Of a stretch of 64,000 bases of DNA, positions 43,559 through 53,311 are shown one piece after another. The notes beneath the pieces are model-generated. The model saw only the letters and a program-made list of their open reading frames with translations. It ran no database searches and was not told the origin of the DNA. The stretch lies in the IMG/VR virus record IMGVR_UViG_3300027744_000008, one strand, 5' to 3'. Each line of letters opens with the position of its first letter. Position 1 is the stretch's first letter. This stretch comes from a virus (taxonomy: Duplodnaviria; Heunggongvirae; Uroviricota; Caudoviricetes). Both the position numbers and the translations under genes were made by a program.

Positions 43559-44662
43559 ATGAGCGAAATCATTTCTCGTACAGTTGGCCCAAAAGGTGCC
43601 ATGAAAGGTCTACGCAAAGCCTTTAAAAACAAGCGTCCATTGTTCCTGTGGGGTCCTCCGGGCATTGGTAAATCAGACATTATCAAACAACTAGGTGCAG
43701 AACTTGACGCCTATGTAATTGACGTTCGTTTGAGTCTTTGGGAACCTACAGACATCAAAGGTATCCCATATTTTGATAGTAATACTAGCAAAATGGTTTG
43801 GGCACCTCCTAGCGAATTGCCAGATGAAGAATTGGCAAAAAAACATAAAAACATTGTCTTGTTTTTAGATGAAATGAACTCGGCGGCTCCGAGTGTACAG
43901 GCAGCGGCTTATCAATTAGTTTTGAACCGTCGTGTTGGTACTTACAAACTTCCCGATAATGTTGTATTGGTTGCGGCAGGCAATCGTGAAACTGACAAGG
44001 GTGTAACTTATCGTATGCCTGCACCGTTGGCCAATCGTTTTGTTCACTTGGAAATGCAAGTTGACTTTGACGATTGGGCTATGTGGGCCACTGACAATCG
44101 TATCCATAAGGATGTAGTTGGATTCTTAACCTTCTCTAAAAAGGACTTGTACGACTTTGATCCTAAGTCTGGATCACGTGCATTTGCTACACCTCGTAGT
44201 TGGTCGTTTGTAAGTGAATTGCTCATGGATGACGACTGCGAAGATGATACATTAGCTGATTTGATTGCTGGTTCAGTTGGTGAAGGTTTAGCTATTAAGT
44301 TTATGGCACACCGTAAAGTAGCAAGCAAAATGCCTAATCCTACAGACATCTTGAATGGCAAAATTAAAGAGATGAAATCCAAAGAGATCTCAGCTCAATA
44401 TAGTTTAGTAACTAGTTTGTGTTACGAACTCAAAGATGCCGCTGATAAAAAAGCCAAAGATTGGAACAGCCAAGTTAATAACTTTTTCACATTCATGATG
44501 AATAACTTCGAAACAGAGTTAGTTGTTATGGGTACTAAGTTATCGCTTACTCAATATAAACTGCCATTGGATCCAGACGAAATTGCATGTTTCGACGAGT
44601 TTCATGGTAAATTTGGTAAGTACATTTCTGCCGCAACTGACAAAGACGAGAAACGTAAATAA
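43559..44662 (+). CDS. MoxR-like AAA+ ATPase
   Basis: GPPGIGKS, FLDE, AAGNR, LANRF, TPRSW. Confidence 0.88.
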   Translation: MSEIISRTVGPKGAMKGLRKAFKNKRPLFLWGPPGIGKSDIIKQLGAELDAYVIDVRLSLWEPTDIKGIPYFDSNTSKMVWAPPSELPDEELAKKHKNIVLFLDEMNSAAPSVQAAAYQLVLNRRVGTYKLPDNVVLVAAGNRETDKGVTYRMPAPLANRFVHLEMQVDFDDWAMWATDNRIHKDVVGFLTFSKKDLYDFDPKSGSRAFATPRSWSFVSELLMDDDCEDDTLADLIAGSVGEGLAIKFMAHRKVASKMPNPTDILNGKIKEMKSKEISAQYSLVTSLCYELKDAADKKAKDWNSQVNNFFTFMMNNFETELVVMGTKLSLTQYKLPLDPDEIACFDEFHGKFGKYISAATDKDEKRK

Positions 44663-44678
44663 TATGATTTAGTATCAT

Positions 44679-44707
44679 TTGACACCTCCTTCGGGAGGTG
44701 TTATAAT
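44679..44707 (+). promoter_or_regulatory. sigma70-type promoter whose spacer is a cUUCGg hairpin
   Basis: TTGACA-17 nt-TATAAT; GACACCTCC-TTCG-GGAGGTGTT. Confidence 0.8.
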
Positions 44708-44736
44708 ATATACATATAGCAAATTTAGGAGCAAAA

Positions 44737-45927
44737 ATGTCACACGTAGATCCGGTTGTTGATAAGATTATTGTAGCAAGAGTAGGACTGTTGTTACGTC
44801 ATCCATTTTTTGGAAATATGGCTACCCGATTAAAAATTCAAGACGGCAGTGATTGGTGCTCTACAGCGGCCACTGATGGACGCCACATGTTTTACAATCG
44901 AGAATTTTTTGAAAAACTAACTCCAAAAGAAGTTGAGTTTGTACTAGCACACGAAATTCTACATAATGTATTCGATCATATGAATCGAAACGAAGGCCGT
45001 AACAGACGCATCTGGAATGCCGCTGTTGACTACACTGTTAACGGCCAATTGATTCGCGACCGTATTGGTGACCAACCTAAAGGTATTGATATCTTTCATG
45101 ATCCTAAACACTATGGGAAGCCTGCAGAACAAATCTACGACGAATTATTTGAAAAGTACGACGAAGAAGAATTGGCTGCATTAGGCCAATTACTTGACGA
45201 ACATTTAGATAACGAGGGTGACGGCAAAAATGGAAATGGACCTCCTCAGTATTCTAAAGAAGAATTAAAACAAATCCGCGACGAAATTCGTGAAGCCACT
45301 ATCCAAGCGGCCAATGCGGCAGGTGCGGGTAATGTACCTGCCAATATTCAACGAATGATCAAGGAACTTACAGAGCCTAAGATGAATTGGCGTGAAATTT
45401 TGCGCCAACAAATACAAAGCACTATCAAGAATGACTACACTTTTATGCGCCCGAACCGTAAGGGCTGGCACATGAACGCTATTTTGCCTGGTACTAACTT
45501 TGACGAAACTATTGATATCTGTATTGGTATTGATATGAGCGGTAGTATTAGCGATAGCCAAGCAAAAGATTTTATCGGTGAAATCAAAGGTATTATGGAC
45601 CAATATCAAGACTACAAAATTAAACTGTGGTGTTTTGATACGCAGGTGTATAATGAAGCAGATTTTGACGGAACCGGCGGTGACGACATTATGGAGTATG
45701 AAGTTATTGGCGGCGGCGGAACTGAATTCGATGTCAACTGGAGTTACATGAAAGAACATGATATTAACCCTAAAAAGTTTATCATGTTCACAGATGGTTA
45801 TCCATGGGGTAGCTGGGGTGATGAAAACTACTGCGATACGGTATTCATTATTCACGGAAACAACAGTATTGTACCACCTTGGGGCAATTACGCATATTAT
45901 GAACAAGACGGTGCAACTAGAAACTGA
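44737..45927 (+). CDS. metallopeptidase-like + VWA domain protein (MoxR partner)
   Basis: TAATDG, HEILH, MIDAS DMSGS, GGGGT, FTDG. Confidence 0.88.
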   Translation: MSHVDPVVDKIIVARVGLLLRHPFFGNMATRLKIQDGSDWCSTAATDGRHMFYNREFFEKLTPKEVEFVLAHEILHNVFDHMNRNEGRNRRIWNAAVDYTVNGQLIRDRIGDQPKGIDIFHDPKHYGKPAEQIYDELFEKYDEEELAALGQLLDEHLDNEGDGKNGNGPPQYSKEELKQIRDEIREATIQAANAAGAGNVPANIQRMIKELTEPKMNWREILRQQIQSTIKNDYTFMRPNRKGWHMNAILPGTNFDETIDICIGIDMSGSISDSQAKDFIGEIKGIMDQYQDYKIKLWCFDTQVYNEADFDGTGGDDIMEYEVIGGGGTEFDVNWSYMKEHDINPKKFIMFTDGYPWGSWGDENYCDTVFIIHGNNSIVPPWGNYAYYEQDGATRN

Positions 45928-46465
45928 TGCGTTCAGCGCTGGTCAGATTGAAAGTAAAATTTGGGCAGCAGAAGAATTAGAAAGAGTAGCGGCTCATACT
46001 CACAACCTCAGGATCACAATCCTAGGCGGATGGTATGGGCTTCTTCACTTTATTCTCAAGGCTCGAGGACAACAAATGATCGAATGGTGCCGTAGCTACG
46101 ACCTTGATCCTATGGCGTGTTCTACTGCCAATGTTGTTAATAACACTTGGGAATCTAAGGAGTGGGCTTTTAAAAGTTATCCCAAGGATGCTAATACCGT
46201 TAAGTACGATGATGAAACTAATTGTGTAATTAATACTTCAACAGAACATTTTGACAGTCAAGAATGGTTTAACAATATTAGCAAAGGTATGCTATGCGTA
46301 CTTCAAGGTAATAACTTAATTATAGAAGATCATGTTAATCGTCCAGAAAGTTTAGAGCACTTTAAATCAATGTTTCCTTTAGAAACTATACTGTTTACAG
46401 GTGAGAAATATTTTGATTTTAAGGAAAATTCATATACACGGTATATGATAATTGGACACAAATAA
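45899..46465 (+). CDS. SAM-dependent methyltransferase-like protein
   Basis: ILGGWYG, SYDLD, INTSTEH; start corrected. Confidence 0.6.
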   Translation: MNKTVQLETDAFSAGQIESKIWAAEELERVAAHTHNLRITILGGWYGLLHFILKARGQQMIEWCRSYDLDPMACSTANVVNNTWESKEWAFKSYPKDANTVKYDDETNCVINTSTEHFDSQEWFNNISKGMLCVLQGNNLIIEDHVNRPESLEHFKSMFPLETILFTGEKYFDFKENSYTRYMIIGHK

Positions 46466-46746
46466 TGGCAATTAAAAACGGCAAACCAAATTCATTAAAC
46501 TATTTTGATTTACGCAGAGTTGAATTTCCTGCATTTCATTTTTATTTTACTAATTTGTTAAAAAACACCCCTAACTATGTAAAGCAAATTGATCAGTGGA
46601 TCTATAATAATTTAAACAGTAGATATTACGTAGGTCAAGCCCTAGAACTTGATGCAAACAATAATTTAGTTTATGTTACTAGGGTAGGATTTGAAGCAGA
46701 AAAAGAACTTAGTTTCTTCAGAATTGCCTGCCCGATTTTATATTGA
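46465..46746 (+). CDS. hypothetical protein
   Basis: TAATG overlap. Confidence 0.65.
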   Translation: MAIKNGKPNSLNYFDLRRVEFPAFHFYFTNLLKNTPNYVKQIDQWIYNNLNSRYYVGQALELDANNNLVYVTRVGFEAEKELSFFRIACPILY

Positions 46747-46785
46747 TGATAATTAAGTATGTATTTTATTCATTAAGGAGAAACC

Positions 46786-47031
46786 ATGACAGAAGAAGTA
46801 CAAAATCTACCTGAGCAAGCCCCAGCTCAACCAGCACAAGAAAAAGGTGCCGATTTAAACATTAATGATTTAAATGCTCTTAAGCAAATTATTGATGTTG
46901 CTAGTTCGAGAGGCGCATTTAAACCTGGAAACGAAATGGTTGCTGTTGGCCAAGTTTATGAAAAACTGTCTTCATTCTTAGAAGCAGTGGCTAAACAAGC
47001 CGAAGCAACAAAAGAAAAAACTGGAGTATAA
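46786..47031 (+). CDS. hypothetical protein
   Basis: AAGGAG RBS; IIDVASSRGAFK. Confidence 0.7.
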   Translation: MTEEVQNLPEQAPAQPAQEKGADLNINDLNALKQIIDVASSRGAFKPGNEMVAVGQVYEKLSSFLEAVAKQAEATKEKTGV

Positions 47032-47032
47032 A

Positions 47033-47656
47033 ATGGAACTAAAACATGTAGGTAGAGTTGTCAGTAACGGTCGTAAATGCCTTATAGCATATAGAACCTT
47101 ACCAGGAGATTCAAATAATTGCTTGATTGTTCCCACAGAAAGTCTAACTGATTCACAGCATGATGCAATTATTAACTTAGTTAATAGTACAGCCGGACAA
47201 GATGCTAACGAATTTGCAGAAGTTATGGCTAGAACGAATTTTCCAGATGGTAGTATCATGTTAGCTAACCTACATGTTAACGGAAGATTGATTAAGGTTC
47301 CGACTAATCAAATTGAAATGACTCCAAACACGCAGATGAAAATTTTGCTGTCGGAATTAAATCAAATAATTGCAGAACAACGGGGTGTAACAGTAGATAC
47401 CTTGGCTATCTCAACTAGAGAGGATAAAAAATCCGAAGTAAGAGAAATTGCATCGGCTCATGACATTAGTCCCAAAGCCGGTGAAGATGTCACTAAAACT
47501 GTTGCTGAACGTCATGAAGAAGCTGAATCATTATCGTTAGATCCAGAACAACAAGCTTCTAAACTACGTAGCGAAGCAGATCGTCTATACAAACAGGCTG
47601 CTATTTTAAGAAAAGAAGCCGAAGATTTAAGTCCAACAAAGAAAAAAGAAAAGTGA
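47033..47656 (+). CDS. hypothetical protein
   Basis: GGAG RBS; C-terminal coiled coil. Confidence 0.7.
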   Translation: MELKHVGRVVSNGRKCLIAYRTLPGDSNNCLIVPTESLTDSQHDAIINLVNSTAGQDANEFAEVMARTNFPDGSIMLANLHVNGRLIKVPTNQIEMTPNTQMKILLSELNQIIAEQRGVTVDTLAISTREDKKSEVREIASAHDISPKAGEDVTKTVAERHEEAESLSLDPEQQASKLRSEADRLYKQAAILRKEAEDLSPTKKKEK

Positions 47657-47973
47657 CTCTAAAAGGAAAAAACTTTCCTAAAGACGTTATTGCACATTGG
47701 CCAGAAGTATTTGGTGAGATCAATCTCAACGTAGTACCTCTCAAGTATTTACATACTATCAACGTGACTTTTAAAGATGGTAAAATCTGGGAAATAGATG
47801 TTAATAAGAATGGTAAAAACAATAATTGGGATTCTTTTGAAAAAGAAATCCAAGAAATATTTCTTACCTATGAAGATAATATTGACAACATAGATTTTCA
47901 AATAAACACAGAAAAAGTAAAAAACGATATTATGAAAATTACAAACAAATTTTTAAAGAAAAAGAAACTATAA
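47653..47973 (+). CDS. hypothetical protein
   Basis: GTGA overlap. Confidence 0.6.
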   Translation: MTLKGKNFPKDVIAHWPEVFGEINLNVVPLKYLHTINVTFKDGKIWEIDVNKNGKNNNWDSFEKEIQEIFLTYEDNIDNIDFQINTEKVKNDIMKITNKFLKKKKL

Positions 47974-48659
47974 TGAACGTTAGATTGCTGTCCTATTCTC
48001 AACCTACAGCAGAATTTTTTGATCAAGGAATTTTGAATGCACAAGAGCTAATTGCCTATTGTGCCCGTGTATCAAATCCTAGTAATCAATTTAATACAGA
48101 TACAAGTGAAAAACTTATTCGATACTTAATAAAACATCAGCACTGGTCGCCGCTTGAAATGGTCAGTGCATGTATTGAAATCACAACAACCCGAGATATT
48201 GCCCGACAAATTCTTAGACATAGAAGTTTTAGCTTCCAAGAATTCAGTCAACGATATGCTGATCCTACTAAAGACTTGTCGTTTGTTCTTAGAGAGACTC
48301 GACTACAAGACCCTAAAAATAGACAAAATAGCATAGAGGTTGTGCAAGACAATCCTGAGGCACGGGTCTTGGCCCAAGGTTGGGAACGTGCTCAAACTCG
48401 TGTTAAACTTGCCGCTATTGAAGCATATAACTGGGCCATAGAAAACGGCATTGCCAAAGAACAGGCACGTGCCGTTCTTCCCGAAGGTATGATGGAAAGC
48501 CGTTTATATATGAACGGAACACTACGTAGCTGGATTCACTTTATTGAATTGCGTAGCGCAAATGGTACACAAAAAGAACATCAAGAAGTAGCCAAGGCGT
48601 GTGCTTCAGTTATTGCGTCTGTTTTTCCGCTAGCTTCAGACTTAATAAGTATTGATTAA
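47973..48659 (+). CDS. thyX: flavin-dependent thymidylate synthase
   Basis: ARVS, HWSPLE, RHRSFSFQEFSQRY, ARAVLP. Confidence 0.96.
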   Translation: MNVRLLSYSQPTAEFFDQGILNAQELIAYCARVSNPSNQFNTDTSEKLIRYLIKHQHWSPLEMVSACIEITTTRDIARQILRHRSFSFQEFSQRYADPTKDLSFVLRETRLQDPKNRQNSIEVVQDNPEARVLAQGWERAQTRVKLAAIEAYNWAIENGIAKEQARAVLPEGMMESRLYMNGTLRSWIHFIELRSANGTQKEHQEVAKACASVIASVFPLASDLISID

Positions 48660-49695
48660 ACCTACTTTCTAACCAAGCCCAGTCGTTAATTTTTCGAAGA
48701 CCGTCTGGGTTTTGTCTATTATCTAATCCAAATTTTCTACCAGCGATTGCTCCTGCTACTACATATTGTCCATATGTAGTTTTTTTGCCTCTTGTACACC
48801 AGGCAGCAAGTCTTTTATCAGTTTCTAATTGTACTTGACGATCAATTACCGCACTGGCTAATTTAGCACATTCTCTAAATGCAGCTCTCCAAGTAGAGAA
48901 GGGGCTTGTATCAAAGTTATTGTAATTACTAACTTGTTCCATAATTTTAATATTAGCACCAATACTAGTAGTAATATCAACACTATCTCTATTGGCTTGT
49001 AAAATTAAATGTCTTGGAATTAGTTTAACTCCACCGTTTCCATAAACTAGATCATTTACTTTATTTTTACTCTGCCAAATATGTACTACATCAAAATCCC
49101 AACTTGGAACTTCATAATCAAAGTTAAAATCTTCCGCAATTTCTGCATCAGCATCTACTACCCAGAAAAAATCAGTTGAACTAGCAACTGCCGCACAAAA
49201 GTGAGCATTAAAAATTCCTTTGATATTTTGTATGCGTTTAGCGTGTGGATATTTTGTCAGTAAATGTTGAAAATTGTTATCTGCATTTTTTTCTTTATAT
49301 GACAAAAAGAATACATCATATAGCTTAGTATAAAAAATGCCAAAGTCTATAAACTTCACATTATTAAAAAAATTCTTTTCAAACTCATCATCAGTAAATG
49401 TGTAGTCTTTAGGAATTAAAAACAAATTAGAATATTTTAACAATTGGTGATGCACATAAGATTCGTCCCAATTTGGAATCGAAAAATGCTGCATATCAGT
49501 TGTCATGCCTATGTCTGCTGGGATTAACCAAAACATTTTAGTGTTAACTTGATTCATTAATCGTTTAGCATAAATGACATAATTAAATTCTTTGTCAACC
49601 TGAATTGTTTTAGACTTAGGATACTTGGCTTTTAACCAATTAAGTTTATACTCAGGAAACTCTTTTTCGTGATAAAATACAATATCGTAAAACAT
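48610..49695 (-). CDS. GT-A-like glycosyltransferase with degenerate N-terminal repeat
   Basis: FLSY.E, AH, WVVDADA (DxD), YGNGGVKL, WRAAFRE. Confidence 0.7.
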   Translation of the reverse strand: MFYDIVFYHEKEFPEYKLNWLKAKYPKSKTIQVDKEFNYVIYAKRLMNQVNTKMFWLIPADIGMTTDMQHFSIPNWDESYVHHQLLKYSNLFLIPKDYTFTDDEFEKNFFNNVKFIDFGIFYTKLYDVFFLSYKEKNADNNFQHLLTKYPHAKRIQNIKGIFNAHFCAAVASSTDFFWVVDADAEIAEDFNFDYEVPSWDFDVVHIWQSKNKVNDLVYGNGGVKLIPRHLILQANRDSVDITTSIGANIKIMEQVSNYNNFDTSPFSTWRAAFRECAKLASAVIDRQVQLETDKRLAAWCTRGKKTTYGQYVVAGAIAGRKFGLDNRQNPDGLRKINDWAWLESRFNQYLLSLKLAEKQTQ

Positions 49696-50615
49696 TATTC
49701 TTTGTCCAATACATTAAATTCTATTCTAGTATAGTCAACGTGTACCATTTTAAAAAATTTACTAGCTTCTACATCTAACACACTTATAGGTAAGGTTAAT
49801 CGAGATTTAAGCTCTGTTCCTAATCTTTCAGCTTCTTGCAAGGCTTCATCTTCTGTTTTAACAGTTAACGAATCCCAGATTGAATCTAAATGATCAAAAT
49901 CACGCACATTGACATAATTCCACGATTTATCAAAATTTGTCATATAGCAACCTTGGCGTGCTCCAAGTATTGCCCATACACCATTCGGCACATCCATGCC
50001 AACATTCATCCATGTTATAAGTCTATGTAAATTTTTCCAGTGAATATGTTTAGTAAAGTCTTCTGCTTCAACAGTGACTCCTCTGTCTAAACTCATTTTT
50101 ACACCTTCACGGAATCCTGCTCGCCATGCTTGATATGGACTAGCATTATTATGGACGTTGCTGTAACAGGCATTCATCTGAATATACTCGGCATCCCAAC
50201 AAAAATCTACTTGTGCGTTAGGGTCGTCTGCCGGTGCATTTTCGTGTGTCTTCATATTAAGCACATATTCTTTGGGCCACAACTTCAATCCGCCGTTGCC
50301 ATACATTAACCCGTTAATGGCATTGTATCCTGCCCAAGAAATAACACATTTAGATAAATCTCTATATGCATCAAAGTCAACTTCTTGATTAAAAAACTCT
50401 TCGCGCACAATATTGTCGCCGTCAACTGTGATAAACCTGTCAGTATCGCTTAACCTAGCGCAGGCTTTGTGTGCTTCGTCACTACCTTTTACTCCGTGTA
50501 CCCGTTTTGCCCAGGGTGCTTTATTACATAAATCTGAATAATTTTTTTCGGCATTAGGCTCGTCATAGCTAAGATAGATAATGTCAAAGTCTATAATTTT
50601 AAATTTTTGACTCAT
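49695..50615 (-). CDS. GT-A-like glycosyltransferase (paralogue of the previous gene)
   Basis: YLSYDE, AHKA, TVDGD, YGNGGLKL, WRAGFRE. Confidence 0.7.
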   Translation of the reverse strand: MSQKFKIIDFDIIYLSYDEPNAEKNYSDLCNKAPWAKRVHGVKGSDEAHKACARLSDTDRFITVDGDNIVREEFFNQEVDFDAYRDLSKCVISWAGYNAINGLMYGNGGLKLWPKEYVLNMKTHENAPADDPNAQVDFCWDAEYIQMNACYSNVHNNASPYQAWRAGFREGVKMSLDRGVTVEAEDFTKHIHWKNLHRLITWMNVGMDVPNGVWAILGARQGCYMTNFDKSWNYVNVRDFDHLDSIWDSLTVKTEDEALQEAERLGTELKSRLTLPISVLDVEASKFFKMVHVDYTRIEFNVLDKE

Positions 50616-51247
50616 AGAGTGTCCTTTAATGCATACGAATCAAAAAATTTAATTGTAAATAGTCTAACTTTTGATGTAATAGATTCTACTATCATTTCAT
50701 GAGGTACTGTCACAGATCCGTTTGCAATTAACGAATTTAAATTAACATCAAATACTCGATACAGTATATTTTTATTTTCGTGTGCAGTTATGTAAATTTG
50801 TTTAGTATAACTAGCCACCGAGTTATGCAATCGTTGTCGTTCATCCTCATCAAGTGTTATTATCCAATTTTTATTTTCTATATCGTTAAAAACTGTAACA
50901 GTAGCATGATCAGTAGTTTGACTGATAGCCGTTAATGTTGAAGATTTAGAGTTTAGATTAATAATCTTAGGAACAATACTAAATTTATTGTTAATATCGG
51001 TTACTACTTTAAAATTTGCAATATTTTCATTGTTAGGAACCATACTATGCAATGCATCAGCAAATATTTCAAAATATGTAGTATCGGTTTCAGCAACTTT
51101 TTGATCTGTAGTCCCGCTAATGTCCCCAGTTATTTTGTCAAAATAAACATATCGAATGTTACTAAAATTAAGAGACTCGTCAATCTCAGCAAGTCGTTCA
51201 GAAGTTAAATCAAATTCAATCTCTAAATCTTCATATTCCTCACTCAT
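50612..51247 (-). CDS. hypothetical protein
   Basis: ORF overlapping neighbours in the GT cluster. Confidence 0.65.
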   Translation of the reverse strand: MSEEYEDLEIEFDLTSERLAEIDESLNFSNIRYVYFDKITGDISGTTDQKVAETDTTYFEIFADALHSMVPNNENIANFKVVTDINNKFSIVPKIINLNSKSSTLTAISQTTDHATVTVFNDIENKNWIITLDEDERQRLHNSVASYTKQIYITAHENKNILYRVFDVNLNSLIANGSVTVPHEMIVESITSKVRLFTIKFFDSYALKDTL

Positions 51248-52076
51248 TAATTTTCTCCAAATATGTTATAACTTCATCTGTTAAAAACTCGTCTTCTACG
51301 TAATGAAGGATACCACGTTGTTTAAATTGATTAATAAAAAATTCAAACTCGTCATTAAAATAATAATCGCAGGCAGGCAACCAACTATCGTAGGGTGATG
51401 GCCATCCTTGTATGTTAGATTTCATATGAGCAAACGTTAAATTTAAATTTGGGTGTACGGCAACATCATCCATGCCTGTAATTTTTAATGCTATGGCTGC
51501 ACTAACATCCATACTTACCCATCGTTGTTTTGCCTTAGGTGTCAATTTAGAATAAGCAGTTTGCCAATTATTAACTATAAACTCCAGCGTTTTATAAAAA
51601 TCAAATGCGTCAGGGGTCTTTTTAAAGTAATGAAATCCAAAATAAATGTTTGGTAAAGAGTTATGTACAAACACCTGTCTGTTTAACTCGTTAGAAACAA
51701 TATTTCCCCTATAGTCTTTTACAGAAGATGCAAAAAATATATCGTGATGACTTAATAAATCCCATTTAGACGCAAGATCGTCTAGTACAATCATGTCTGT
51801 ATCTAAGACAATAGTTTCGTCATAAGGGCTAGCGTGAATAAATTTCCATCTATTTTCAACTTTCCAGACTGATTCTTCTGCATGATCTTTCCATGGTATA
51901 GGAATAATATGATCAAATACAGATAGATATTTTTCTGATACTTGATCATTAGTTATTAAGCTGATAGAAGAATAAGTTGACTGTGTTTTTTTAATTGACA
52001 ATGCAAGCGCATAGGCCTGTCTAACATAGTCAATACCTTCACTGTTTTGTGCTATAACTAAAAAACCTTTATTCAT
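51240..52076 (-). CDS. GT-A (GT8-like) glycosyltransferase
   Basis: GFLVIAQN, SPYDETIVLDTD (DxD), HMK. Confidence 0.72.
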   Translation of the reverse strand: MNKGFLVIAQNSEGIDYVRQAYALALSIKKTQSTYSSISLITNDQVSEKYLSVFDHIIPIPWKDHAEESVWKVENRWKFIHASPYDETIVLDTDMIVLDDLASKWDLLSHHDIFFASSVKDYRGNIVSNELNRQVFVHNSLPNIYFGFHYFKKTPDAFDFYKTLEFIVNNWQTAYSKLTPKAKQRWVSMDVSAAIALKITGMDDVAVHPNLNLTFAHMKSNIQGWPSPYDSWLPACDYYFNDEFEFFINQFKQRGILHYVEDEFLTDEVITYLEKINE

Positions 52077-52908
52077 TTATACATCTCGCTAAACTATATT
52101 TGTTCATAACATGAACATCTAAATTACTAGTCTTCATCAGGGTATACTCACCAATATGCCCTTTCTTCTCAACTAATAAGGTCATTGTTGAGTCTGTGTA
52201 TGACTCTAGTACATCTCTATCTCGAGTATAATATAACTTACCAGGTAAACTGGCAATAGTACTAGTATTAGTATTACCATTTAACAAGTGAATTGCAATA
52301 CTAAAAGCATAATCATTCCTAAAAGATGATGACGAGATTGCATATAACAATCTGTAATAAGGCCAATTGTACCTAATGTGTTGAACTATTTTAAAAAATG
52401 CTTTTGCTGAAGCAGTTTTTTTAAAATAAAAAACTGTAGCCCAATAAAAAGGAATTGTATATTGATTAAAGTACTCAAAACTAGAAGTATCTCGCCATTG
52501 GGCAAGATCATATCCTGTTTTATATATTGCTAGATCGCTTGCAGAATTCCAAACTTTGCTTAAATTATTAGAATTTAAAATATAATCTACATCCATAACT
52601 AGCGTTTCATCATATGGACTAATATCAAAAGCATCTGCCCTAGTAAAATTCTTCCATGGAAGAATCTTAGAAGTTAATGCGCCATCATAGAATTGCTTTT
52701 GTTGTGTAAAAGTAGAATCAACTGCAACAATATTATCAAACACTCTACTTTTATCTGGATATGTTTTTTCAATATAATCTAGATTATCCGTGGCCAATGT
52801 AACAGGAACGTTTAAAAATTTGTTAATTCGTTCAGCGGCAAATATAGCCATCTGTATATAGTCAACTTCATGATTATTTTGAGCAAATAAAAGAACACCC
52901 TTGCTCAT
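52069..52908 (-). CDS. GT-A (GT8-like) glycosyltransferase (paralogue)
   Basis: GVLLFAQN, SPYDETLVMDVD, RND.AFSIA, HVMNK. Confidence 0.72.
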   Translation of the reverse strand: MSKGVLLFAQNNHEVDYIQMAIFAAERINKFLNVPVTLATDNLDYIEKTYPDKSRVFDNIVAVDSTFTQQKQFYDGALTSKILPWKNFTRADAFDISPYDETLVMDVDYILNSNNLSKVWNSASDLAIYKTGYDLAQWRDTSSFEYFNQYTIPFYWATVFYFKKTASAKAFFKIVQHIRYNWPYYRLLYAISSSSFRNDYAFSIAIHLLNGNTNTSTIASLPGKLYYTRDRDVLESYTDSTMTLLVEKKGHIGEYTLMKTSNLDVHVMNKYSLARCINE

Positions 52909-53252
52909 ACTGAAATTAAATCCTGTATTTTACGTTTTGATTTAAGTTCAGAATATTTAGAAAAATATTCATTAGATGCTTTGAAATATTGTGCAGAGAT
53001 TTCATCGTAGAAACTTTTTAGATTTTCAATATTAACTGGAATTTGATTAACATCAATTAATATACAATTTAGACTGCCTAAATCTATAAGAGATTTTACA
53101 AACGACATTAATTCTAATGAAATTTGAAAACTAGATCCGTTAGTGTAATATATTAAACTTTGTTGAAATTCTTCAAATGCAACATTACGTTGATTGGTTA
53201 GAGTAGCCATATAATTGGCTGTTTGAAATGCTTTTTCTATTTGCTCGTCCAT
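52905..53252 (-). CDS. hypothetical protein
   Basis: GGGAG RBS; first gene of the GT cluster. Confidence 0.65.
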   Translation of the reverse strand: MDEQIEKAFQTANYMATLTNQRNVAFEEFQQSLIYYTNGSSFQISLELMSFVKSLIDLGSLNCILIDVNQIPVNIENLKSFYDEISAQYFKASNEYFSKYSELKSKRKIQDLISV

Positions 53253-53255
53253 GAG

Positions 53256-53293
53256 ATCTCCCGCTGTATAATGTAATTATCTCAGCGGGAGAT
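53256..53293 (-). promoter_or_regulatory. RBS-sequestering hairpin with a TAATTA late-promoter-like loop
   Basis: Perfect 11-bp inverted repeat ATCTCCCGCTG/CAGCGGGAGAT covering the SD. Confidence 0.6.
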
Positions 53294-53311
53294 ATAGTTA
53301 ATTAATTCTGG

